Shown here: piece by piece, positions 19,246 to 27,437 of the stretch | Position numbering within the stretch: the stretch's first letter is position 1 | Layout of the letters: each line of letters opens with the position of its first letter | Origin: Minisyncoccia bacterium | Lineage (GTDB): Bacteria; Patescibacteriota; Minisyncoccia; Phycocordibacterales; CSBR16-119 | Assembly (NCBI GenBank): GCA_047619465.1 | Contig: JBLHJW010000003.1 | Location: 1-36,496 of the forward strand | Direction of reading: 5' to 3' | DNA: 36,496 nucleotides | Made by a program: the position numbers and the translations under genes | Notes under the pieces: generated by a model | Told to the model about the DNA's origin: nothing | What the model saw: the letters and a program-made list of their open reading frames with translations, nothing else | Database searches by the model: none

Positions 19246-19644
19246 TTACCCTATCAACTTTGTAAAATAGTACCCAAGCCCAGAAACTGCTCCTCCTAGA
19301 ACTATTCCCCAGACAATATCTATAATCACTATTTGCCATGGCCACCCTTCTATAACAGCATAGTTTGTAAGCTCGTATGTCATATATGCAAAGAAGCCAA
19401 ATAGTGCACCATATAAGATTGCATGAGTAAGTGATCCTTTTTCTAGCGCGGGAGCAATCGCGAAGATGACAAGCCCAGCAATGAATAGTAGATAGAAAAG
19501 TATTGCTGCTCCCCACTTTGTATTTTCAGCCATTATGTATCCAAGATATTTTTGGTAAATAGGTTTTGCTATAAAACCGAGCCAGGTAATGTCTATGATA
19601 AAAAATATTGGAGTTGAGATTAGATAAGGTATTAGAAATTTCAT
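19246..19644 (-). CDS. DUF2177-family membrane protein
   Basis: IDITWLG.IA, FYLLF..G, YMTYELTNYA, W....DIVWG motifs. Confidence 0.85.
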   Translation of the reverse strand: MKFLIPYLISTPIFFIIDITWLGFIAKPIYQKYLGYIMAENTKWGAAILFYLLFIAGLVIFAIAPALEKGSLTHAILYGALFGFFAYMTYELTNYAVIEGWPWQIVIIDIVWGIVLGGAVSGLGYYFTKLIG

Positions 19645-19686
19645 GATTTTTATTTATTAATTGATAGTTTAAAAAATGTTTTGAAC

Positions 19687-19767
19687 AAAAAGAGAGGGAC
19701 TTCCCCGCCGCCCAGTAAAAGAAGAAATAAAACTTATAATTATTCTTCTTTGCCAGGCCGCTGGAAG
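19687..19767 (-). promoter_or_regulatory. Attenuator-like hairpin in the DUF2177 5' leader
   Basis: CTTCC..CTGG.AAAGAAGAATAA / TTATTTCTTCTTTT.CTGG..GGAAG followed by TCCCTCTCTTTTT. Confidence 0.55.
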
Positions 19768-19785
19768 CATTTCTCCAGGCAGAAC

Positions 19786-19836
19786 TTATCTCTTTCTAAA
19801 AGGCACGTACTCGCGGAAAATGAGAAAAATAGTCAT
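19786..19836 (-). CDS. Putative 16-aa leader peptide MTIFLIFREYVPFRKR
   Basis: uORF between TGC-TATAAT (19862-19857) and a long hairpin with a U tract in the DUF2177 leader. Confidence 0.5.
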   Translation of the reverse strand: MTIFLIFREYVPFRKR

Positions 19837-20011
19837 TTAGAGTAAGTATTACCAAATTATAGCATGTCTTTGAATCATTCTTTTATAAACGCTGATCAAG
19901 TATTGTAACTATCGAAGAGCCGCTAATTCGAACGCCTTTTTCGATACATTGACATGACAGTATTTAATGTTAGTATTTAAAAAAACGTAATCATCAACAA
20001 TTTCATAACAC

Positions 20012-20413
20012 ATGACAGATAGAACATTTTGTTCGAAAATCTTTATCCCTTCTATTCTTTTATTTCTTGTGGCAACACTTGCAACAACAAGAGATTTAGG
20101 TTTTATCAATCATGAGACCATTCTCATGATTGATAATCACATGAGCGCTTTAGTGTTTATTGCAATGGCAATACATTCGAACTTCCAGAGTGGAGATAAG
20201 ACAGGACATAGAATTTTTTGCATGATCGGATTGATCTTTGCCTCTAATGATTTAGTAGGGGTTTGGGGGCCTATAATAGCCTCAAATATCGACCCTATAT
20301 ATTTAAAGCTAGTCTTTGTATTTGCAGTCTATATACCTCTATTTTATCTCAAAAAAGTCAAAGGCATAACCTTCAAGCCTGAGTCTAAAAAGGCCACATC
20401 TGGTACACCATAG
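20012..20413 (+). CDS. Hypothetical 4-TM membrane protein (class-B array unit 1)
   Basis: TTGACA(19949)-16-TAGTAT; terminator at 20422-20453. Confidence 0.78.
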   Translation: MTDRTFCSKIFIPSILLFLVATLATTRDLGFINHETILMIDNHMSALVFIAMAIHSNFQSGDKTGHRIFCMIGLIFASNDLVGVWGPIIASNIDPIYLKLVFVFAVYIPLFYLKKVKGITFKPESKKATSGTP

Positions 20414-20518
20414 ATTCTATCACCCTCCAACACAATTGTGTTGGAGGGTTTTTGTTTGCATTGACAAACAGCTATATCTGTGATAGTATATCTTAAACGT
20501 TAAACTAACGAAAAGAAC

Positions 20519-21079
20519 ATGAAAAACGGATTAATTACTTTGATTGCCTTTATTTCTATTGCCTTAACAGTTCATATAATCTTGATGGATAAATACGAAT
20601 GGAAGGCACTCATCCTGGAAAACACTGGCTCTGTGGAACTTTCAGCTACGTCAACAAGCGAATCCGGAAACATTAGCTCAAACTTCAGAAATGATGTTGC
20701 TAATCCATTTTCGGATGCTGTTGGTAAATTCTTGAAAGCAAACCACCCTGCTAGAGTTGAGGGAGTGGTTGTGAAAGTCGAATCCAATGGCGAAGAGTTG
20801 CGTCTTACTTATAAGGCGACCATACAGAAATGCTCTGAAGAAGAAGCACACTTTCACTTCGACCATAGAGGCCTGTTAACTCCCGCTAAAAGTAGCAGAG
20901 GTTGGCTTCAGAACAGTGTTAAGACTCAGGTAGAGGAAGGAGTTCCTGCTACAAAAGCAAAATTTGAAAAAGCTTTTGGAAAAACTGACGTATATCTAGA
21001 TTTCGATAGTGATATCGATGATCTTAGATCATATGGCTTAGCAGAAGCTTTCTTCTGCTCAAGGAAAATCTCTAACTAA
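20519..21079 (+). CDS. Hypothetical membrane-anchored protein (class-B array unit 2)
   Basis: TTGACA(20461)-17-TAGTAT; N-terminal TM helix; terminator at 21093-21121. Confidence 0.82.
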   Translation: MKNGLITLIAFISIALTVHIILMDKYEWKALILENTGSVELSATSTSESGNISSNFRNDVANPFSDAVGKFLKANHPARVEGVVVKVESNGEELRLTYKATIQKCSEEEAHFHFDHRGLLTPAKSSRGWLQNSVKTQVEEGVPATKAKFEKAFGKTDVYLDFDSDIDDLRSYGLAEAFFCSRKISN

Positions 21080-21187
21080 TTTTAGTTAAAGGAAAAAGCC
21101 CCGCATTTGCGGGGCTTTTTTGTTTGAATTTGACAAAGATATTTCTAGGAGTAATATGCAAACAAAAGAACCTTAAAATACATTCAA

Positions 21188-21781
21188 ATGAAAAGATACA
21201 TGGCACTGATTCTGTTATTCACCATTCTTTCCTTTATTTATGGATCAATTGCCAAAACTTTAATTGAGGAATATGCATCAGAAGAAGATTTAAAAGGTTT
21301 CTGCTCCACAACTGCTGACTTCACAAAAAGCGAGATCTTGAAGGTAAGTTTTCCTTTCAAGAGAATTGAGAGTGCTTTTGGAGAGGATTTTAAATATAAG
21401 ATTTTTCCATTACTCTTAATTAGCATCATATTAATGCTAATCGGAAGAGTAAGGACTGAACTTGTGAAGAACAACAAGCAAACAAGAGTAATAATATTTT
21501 TTGTACTTTTTTGTACAACAATAGTTGGAACTGTATTCTTTGGCTTGATTCATGGAAACTTTCTAAATGTTTTTGCTCAAGGTGTTTCTGGTCTCATACA
21601 ATCATTGCTCGTTCTTCTAATAATCGATGATTCACTCAGATTCAGAAAGAGCCCTCTGGAGCATGGAATAAAATTCAATCCATACAGAATATTCTACGGA
21701 CTTCTAGCTGGCTACTTAGCCCTTGTCACTTCGCATTCTTTATTTAACCTGACCATTTTCTACTGGAAAGCATTAAGCTGA
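21188..21781 (+). CDS. CPBP/CAAX-protease-like intramembrane protein (class-B array unit 3)
   Basis: GEDFKYK (EExxxR-like), FGLIH (FxxxH) and HSLFN (HxxxN); TTGACA(21130)-16-TAATAT; terminator at 21787-21810. Confidence 0.65.
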   Translation: MKRYMALILLFTILSFIYGSIAKTLIEEYASEEDLKGFCSTTADFTKSEILKVSFPFKRIESAFGEDFKYKIFPLLLISIILMLIGRVRTELVKNNKQTRVIIFFVLFCTTIVGTVFFGLIHGNFLNVFAQGVSGLIQSLLVLLIIDDSLRFRKSPLEHGIKFNPYRIFYGLLAGYLALVTSHSLFNLTIFYWKALS

Positions 21782-21876
21782 ATTTTAAAACCTCCACTTT
21801 GGGGGTTTTTATATTATATTGACATATGCCATAATTAGTGTTAATTTATAAAAAACAGTTAAATGAACTTTTAATT

Positions 21877-22830
21877 ATGAAAAAAATATTAACTTCCTTT
21901 ATTTGCCTACTTGTAGGCGGGATAATTTCTGCACAGACGAGTTTTACTACTACAAATTTTGAGGCGCTTATCGCCTTAGAAACTGTACAACAAGAAGATG
22001 CTAAATGGGATGCAATGATTGCAGCTCAAGCCAATCAGGCAAATGTTCCCTCTCAGAAATATGACACGTATCTCAGGGAAAGTGGGTACGAGTTTGAAAA
22101 CCACCAACAAGCTTGGTATGTCGTGCACAAAGGAGACACTGTTGGGGAGTTCATTCCTGTATGGAATGTAAATCTGGTAACAAACCAAACAGAGCCTCAT
22201 CTTTTTACAAAAAGAATGACTATGAAAATGCTTCATGACTCATTGAAGTATAGCGTAGCGATAACCCCAGATGGGATGACAGCTGCATCAATGCCTCTAC
22301 GTATGGAAGGAAAGGCTCTTGCCAACGGTGTGCCATGCGGAGATGGCAAGGTCTACAACTATGGAATTATTATCGCGCATACTAAAAAAGTTGGTTTAAC
22401 CTTTACCCACAAGAAAGAGATTCCTGATTTTCAAAACCAATATGACAAGGTCAAGAGAAGTAAGGGGACACTATTCTTTCTTCCTGCGATTTACAATAAA
22501 GGATCAATGAATCCTTCAACAAAATCTACCGTAGACAGAATTCTTGTGAACAGAATAACTCCGAGGGTTAGCAATGACGTTCTTCCTGGCAAGCAACAGG
22601 GCGTGATCGTCTTCTACAAAAGATACAGCTATCCAAAAGTTATGGAAATAGTCTTTGGATTAGACAGAAAATACAAGAATGGATCTACCAAATCTTCCAC
22701 TAAGCATGTCTATGTTTTAGACGGAGGACCAAACTATGGAGCAGTAGTTAAAAAAAACATTAATGGGAACGTTGATGTAATCGGCACCAGGAATTCTGGA
22801 GTTAACTCATGTTATATAGTTTGTTATTAA
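21877..22830 (+). CDS. Secreted hypothetical protein (class-B array unit 4)
   Basis: Start MKKILT at 21877; signal peptide ends ISA|Q; C-terminal YVLDGG weakly recalls phosphodiester glycosidase (NAGPA) domains; TTGACA(21819)-17-TAATTT. Confidence 0.8.
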   Translation: MKKILTSFICLLVGGIISAQTSFTTTNFEALIALETVQQEDAKWDAMIAAQANQANVPSQKYDTYLRESGYEFENHQQAWYVVHKGDTVGEFIPVWNVNLVTNQTEPHLFTKRMTMKMLHDSLKYSVAITPDGMTAASMPLRMEGKALANGVPCGDGKVYNYGIIIAHTKKVGLTFTHKKEIPDFQNQYDKVKRSKGTLFFLPAIYNKGSMNPSTKSTVDRILVNRITPRVSNDVLPGKQQGVIVFYKRYSYPKVMEIVFGLDRKYKNGSTKSSTKHVYVLDGGPNYGAVVKKNINGNVDVIGTRNSGVNSCYIVCY

Positions 22831-22846
22831 AGTTAAAACTATTTTC

Positions 22847-22875
22847 AAAAGCCCCGCCATTCGGCGGGGCTTTTT
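22847..22875. terminator. Bidirectional terminator
   Basis: AAAAGCCCCGCC-ATTC-GGCGGGGCTTTT. Confidence 0.88.
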
Positions 22876-22877
22876 AA

Positions 22878-24629
22878 TTATCCGAGGTCTAGATACTGAT
22901 GAGAGCTGAGCTCTGTATACTCTACAGAACTCATTAGAAGTTCCTTGTGCGTGCCCCAGTCTTTGAGTCTTCCATTTTTAAAGTAAAATATTTTATCAGC
23001 ATTTACTATGGTGGATAGTCTGTGAGCAATGACTATAGTCGTTCTTCCTTTTGATGCTTTATCAATGGCCGCCTGAATCTCCTTTTCATTTTTGGCATCT
23101 AGATTGCTTGTTGCCTCATCAAAGATAAGAATTTTTGGGTCACGAAGGATTGCCCTAGCAATAGACAGTCTCTGCCTCTCCCCTCCAGAAAATCTAATCC
23201 CTTGTTCTCCAATTTTCTCTTTGAGTCCTTTTTTTGATGACATGATCTTCTTGTAAAGGTTTGTCATTCTCAGAGCTTTTAATAAATCCTTATCTGTAGC
23301 TTTCTTGCGTAATCCATACGTTAGGTTTTGCTTAATTGTGTCATCAAAGAGTTGAGTTGTTTGATCCACATAACCTATGTTTGATAGATAGTCAGACAAG
23401 TCCAAATTCTTCAAGTCGATCCCGTCAATTAAAATCCTACCGCCTTTGGGGTCAAAGTTTCTCAAGAGGAGTCTAACCAAAGTTGTTTTTCCTGATCCAG
23501 AAACACCTACAAAAGCAACTTTTTCTCCTGGATTTATTCTGAAAGACACACTGTTTAAACCAAAGGACTTTGATTCCTGTTCTTGATATTTGTATGACAC
23601 TTTTTCAAATTCTATCTCACCGTTTACTACTGCTTTTTTAATGGGATTATCAGCATGTACGATAGTTGATTTTTTATTAAGCTGTTTTTGATAATCCCTT
23701 ATAGGGGGCAAGTGAATCATGATAGCTCTTTGAAACCACTCCACTCTCCATATTCCAGCTACAGCCATCCCTCCCCACGAGACAACCATTAGAAACTGCC
23801 CTATGGTTATAACTCCTGTATAAGCCTGCCAAGACCCCACCAAGAAAAGCAGTCCAATAACAAATGGATTAATCATAGCAATAATGGTCAGTTTCTTAAC
23901 AAATCTAATCCATAATTGCTTTCCGTATTGCTCGTGAGAATCCACAGACTTCATTAGAGCTTTTGCTGCTAAATTCTCAACGCCCAAATTTTTTGTAAGA
24001 GGGGCGTTTCTTATATGTTCTCCAATAGTTTTATGCTTATTTTTACTTTTCTTCTCCCATATATCAAAATCACTCATCATCTTTCTCGCTATTCTTGTCT
24101 GAAAAAATACGTTAAATGAAAGAGCGACAGCCATAATTATCGCGTATACAGGCTTCAAAAGCAGCAAGGCAACCAGTATCGCTACAAACTTGAGGGCCAT
24201 TGGTATGATCTGGTTGAATATCAGGACAGTTAGGTTCATACTCGACTGAACACCTGCCCTCAAAATTGCGGCTTTTTTGTGTGAATTTCCATCCATGTGC
24301 TCTCCTCCAGAAAAAGAAAAGAAGTTTTTAACTCCGCCCCTAAACATGTCTGGCCGATAATCAAAAGCAAAGTTCTTCTGATCATATATAGCATGAAAAT
24401 AGGAAACAACTCTTTCTAGAATCAAAGCCAGAAAGTACACTCCTACTAAACTGACAATAGGTATAAATGAGTTCAGGTCGCCTCTTGTTATCTCGTCGAT
24501 AATATTCCCAGAAAAATACGGGAGCAAAATACTTACCGCCTGTTGTATGAGGGTAAAAAATACTAAGACAGGTATAACAACCTTGTATTTTTTATTAGCC
24601 CCAAATAAAAATCGTAATGATTTTATCAT
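22878..24629 (-). CDS. ABC exporter with fused permease and ATPase domains
   Basis: Six-TM domain, GVSGSGKTT, FSGGERQR, DEATSNLD, IAHRLST. Confidence 0.94.
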   Translation of the reverse strand: MIKSLRFLFGANKKYKVVIPVLVFFTLIQQAVSILLPYFSGNIIDEITRGDLNSFIPIVSLVGVYFLALILERVVSYFHAIYDQKNFAFDYRPDMFRGGVKNFFSFSGGEHMDGNSHKKAAILRAGVQSSMNLTVLIFNQIIPMALKFVAILVALLLLKPVYAIIMAVALSFNVFFQTRIARKMMSDFDIWEKKSKNKHKTIGEHIRNAPLTKNLGVENLAAKALMKSVDSHEQYGKQLWIRFVKKLTIIAMINPFVIGLLFLVGSWQAYTGVITIGQFLMVVSWGGMAVAGIWRVEWFQRAIMIHLPPIRDYQKQLNKKSTIVHADNPIKKAVVNGEIEFEKVSYKYQEQESKSFGLNSVSFRINPGEKVAFVGVSGSGKTTLVRLLLRNFDPKGGRILIDGIDLKNLDLSDYLSNIGYVDQTTQLFDDTIKQNLTYGLRKKATDKDLLKALRMTNLYKKIMSSKKGLKEKIGEQGIRFSGGERQRLSIARAILRDPKILIFDEATSNLDAKNEKEIQAAIDKASKGRTTIVIAHRLSTIVNADKIFYFKNGRLKDWGTHKELLMSSVEYTELSSHQYLDLG

Positions 24630-24657
24630 TTACCACTATGCAAAGTTAATTTATAAG

Positions 24658-24996
24658 TTAATCTCGTCTCTTCCAAAAGAAAACCCAAAAGAAAGTTCCA
24701 ACCAAAAGAAAGGCTGCGCCATCAATAATATCTTCTGTTTTTTGAGCTACAAATCGTGAGTGCTCTGTCTCTATAATCTCTTCTTTACATGTTTCTATTT
24801 GCTCAGGTGTTTGCTCTATTTCCTTCTCCAATTGAGGGCTGTATTTGTTTTCACAACCAAATCTAGTGTCATAAGAAATTGAAACATCAAATACCAATTT
24901 AAAAGTAGAAGAAATTAACATTGTTGATCCGATGGCAACAAAAATAATTCCGATAAGCAGTCCCAGTGATGGGATAAGTTTTTTTAGCCATTCCAT
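24658..24996 (-). CDS. Hypothetical 2-TM protein with a Cys pair in the loop
   Basis: TGA-TACAAT 6 nt before the ATG; TM helices at both ends. Confidence 0.78.
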   Translation of the reverse strand: MEWLKKLIPSLGLLIGIIFVAIGSTMLISSTFKLVFDVSISYDTRFGCENKYSPQLEKEIEQTPEQIETCKEEIIETEHSRFVAQKTEDIIDGAAFLLVGTFFWVFFWKRRD

Positions 24997-25046
24997 TTGA
25001 TTATTGTATCAGATAAAAACAAAAAAGACTGCTGTGCAGCAGTCTT

Positions 25047-25181
25047 TTAATCTAATAATTTTTTTAATTTAGATTTAATCATTTTGAAAATATTAATAAG
25101 TCCGACAGTAACTGCCAAAACTATCAACACCGGAACAACCATAAGGTTAAATCCTTCTCCATCTTCACTTGGACTTTCCAT
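25047..25181 (-). CDS. 44-aa single-TM peptide not in the ORF track
   Basis: MESPSEDGEGFNLMVVPVLIVLAVTVGLINIFKMIKSKLKKLLD; A-rich leader; the stop abuts the terminator at 25023-25048; TTGCAT-18-TATACT upstream. Confidence 0.55.
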   Translation of the reverse strand: MESPSEDGEGFNLMVVPVLIVLAVTVGLINIFKMIKSKLKKLLD

Positions 25182-25350
25182 TTTCTATATTTTTAGAAGT
25201 TTCTGAAAATAACTCAAGAAATGGTGCTTTATTGATAAAGTATATAAGGCACCACAATGTATATGCAAATTTTTTCATTACTCTCATTTGATCTATTTTA
25301 ACTAACAATACCATCAAAAAAACAGGGTTACAACCCTGTTTAAATATCAA

Positions 25351-25542
25351 TTAATTTCGTCTCGGGAAAATTCTAAAGTTTCGAAGAAGACTCCAGTTAG
25401 GACTCTTTCGAGCCTGACTTTCTTTCTGAAGCTCGGCAATTCTCTCAAAGCGTCTCATGTCTGATGGCTTCATGTCTTTTAAACTTCTTATTTTGAAATT
25501 CTCGCCATGTACTAAAATGTCACTCAGATTTGTCTTTGGCAT
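25351..25542 (-). CDS. Small basic hypothetical protein (class-B unit)
   Basis: TTGTAA-16-TATACT overlapping the trpS stop, A-rich leader, terminator at 25316-25341. Confidence 0.68.
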   Translation of the reverse strand: MPKTNLSDILVHGENFKIRSLKDMKPSDMRRFERIAELQKESQARKSPNWSLLRNFRIFPRRN

Positions 25543-25580
25543 GACTTTGTTTTTATTCAGTATATATCAAAAAAGCAGTG

Positions 25581-26549
25581 TTACAACCCCACTTTTTCTT
25601 TTACTTCTTTCATTTTTTCTTCAGCAACCTTTCGAGCTTTTCTAGACCCTTCTGACAAAATTTTGTCTACCAATTCTGGATTTAATTCAAACTTTTCTCT
25701 ACGTTCTCTCATGGGGGCAATCATCTCAATAACCGCTTCAAGAAGAAGTTTCTTTGCATCTCCATACCCAAGTCCCCCAGTCTCTAGTCCTGATTTCATT
25801 TCTTCGACCTTCTCAACTGAAGCAACAAGTTTGTATATCTGATAAACAATTACATCATCTGGATTCTTTTTATCTTCAGGCTCTTTACTGTCTGTGACAA
25901 TAGACATCACAGCTTTCTTAATTTCAGAATCAGTTCCAAAAAGTGGAATTGTATTGTTATAAGACTTACTCATCTTCTGACCGTCCACACCAGGAACAAC
26001 AGCTACATCCTTCAGAATCATGGCTTCAGGCTCTGCAAAAGTATCTCCGTAATGGTTATTGAACTTTCTGGCAATATCTCGTGCCATTTCAACATGCTGC
26101 TCTTGATCTTTTCCGACAGGAACAACTTCTCCGTCCATCATAAGTATGTCAGCGGCCATAAGAACAGGATAGTCGTATAAACCAACAGAAGCCTCTATTC
26201 CCTTCTCGGTTTTATCTTTATATGAGTGGGCACGTGCCAACCATGGCATGGTAACCAAACAATTAAAAATCCAAGTCAGCTCTGGAAGTTCTGGAAGTTC
26301 TGACTGAACAAAGAGTGTTATTTTTTCCGGGTCAAGACCAACAGCTAAATAGTCTAAAACAACGTCTCGAGTAAATTTAAGCAAATCATCTCTGTTTTGA
26401 ACTGTTGTTAGAGCATGATAGTTAACTACAGATATAAAAGCATTATGAGAATTTTGAAACTCTACAAACTGACGCATAGCTCCGAGGTAGTTTCCTAAGT
26501 GTAATTGACCAGAAGGCTGTATAGCGGATACAAGTGTTTTCTTTTTCAT
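25581..26549 (-). CDS. trpS: Tryptophan--tRNA ligase
   Basis: IQPSGQLHLGNY, YPVLMAADIL, VPVGKDQ, KMSKS; TGA-TACAAT 6 nt before the ATG. Confidence 0.97.
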   Translation of the reverse strand: MKKKTLVSAIQPSGQLHLGNYLGAMRQFVEFQNSHNAFISVVNYHALTTVQNRDDLLKFTRDVVLDYLAVGLDPEKITLFVQSELPELPELTWIFNCLVTMPWLARAHSYKDKTEKGIEASVGLYDYPVLMAADILMMDGEVVPVGKDQEQHVEMARDIARKFNNHYGDTFAEPEAMILKDVAVVPGVDGQKMSKSYNNTIPLFGTDSEIKKAVMSIVTDSKEPEDKKNPDDVIVYQIYKLVASVEKVEEMKSGLETGGLGYGDAKKLLLEAVIEMIAPMRERREKFELNPELVDKILSEGSRKARKVAEEKMKEVKEKVGL

Positions 26550-26589
26550 AGAAGCATTGTATCAGAAAGGAGCAAACAAAAAAGACCCA

Positions 26590-26994
26590 TTACTTGAGTC
26601 TTTGTTTAAATGGTCTAATGTGAGCCTTACTATACAGACTCATCATATATGATTTATTTGCTAGAAAAAAAGCCGCTTTGATGGGTTCTTCCTCTGAGTT
26701 TGCTGTGTAGGCTGTGAATTTCCCCGGACCTTTTTCCATAAAATATTTCAGCCACTGAGTATAAAAATCCATTTCTACTATCAAATAATGATCTTCATTA
26801 GAAAGCAACCACCTATCGATTTTTGGTAGAGAATCCCTGTGAATTTTTAAAGGATCTTTACCCATGTAGTCAATTTCGAATCGAGAGAATAATAATTTAT
26901 TAAAAAAAGATTCCTCGCTTATTCTGATATCAAACATAAGATTATGAGAACCCTCAGAGGGTTTATGCCTCGTAGAAGGAATTAAATGTACCAT
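26590..26994 (-). CDS. Hypothetical protein (class-B unit)
   Basis: TTGACA(27046)-16-TAACCT, A-rich leader, terminator at 26574-26608. Confidence 0.78.
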   Translation of the reverse strand: MVHLIPSTRHKPSEGSHNLMFDIRISEESFFNKLLFSRFEIDYMGKDPLKIHRDSLPKIDRWLLSNEDHYLIVEMDFYTQWLKYFMEKGPGKFTAYTANSEEEPIKAAFFLANKSYMMSLYSKAHIRPFKQRLK

Positions 26995-27044
26995 TCTATG
27001 TCTTTTTAATTTTAATTTAGGTTATCATAATTTATTTAGATGTC

Positions 27045-27317
27045 AAAAAAAATAACCCCAAGGAACTCGGGGTTATTTCGCAGCGTGCGGTGCTTTTGAA
27101 TGCATGGCAGCTGCTGGCAGAGTGATGAAGAACCAACAAGACCACTCTGAGTGTGGCGGAGGTCCCAAAGTTTGGGAAGAAAAAGAAATCCACTTTTCCC
27201 TGAGGGTTGAATTTCCTTTACGCAAGAGATGATAGCTCTTGCAGAGATTCAATCTTCCTAAACTTTGGTAAACAGGCTTTAGGCCTGAGTCCTCCCATGT
27301 GTCATTAAAAAGAACGG
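27045..27317 (-). ncRNA. Candidate structured non-coding RNA, family not recognised
   Basis: TTGCCA(27352)-17-GATACT promoter, at least six helices, terminator at 27050-27078, no ATG-initiated ORF longer than 26 aa. Confidence 0.6.
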
Positions 27318-27437
27318 ATTTACAGTATCACATACTATTGCATCTTTGGCAACAGTTATGTCACTATCCACAGATTCTCCACTATTTTCTAAGCAAAATT
27401 GAAATCCTTGTTTCCCTCTTTATGTTAAAATTACCAA

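Noticed and set aside
19949-22875. Integron cassette array
   Set aside because: No integrase is present and no RYYYAAC..GTTRRRY pair of attC length was found; the TAAC..GTTA at 21073-21088 is far too short. The genes carry their own promoters.
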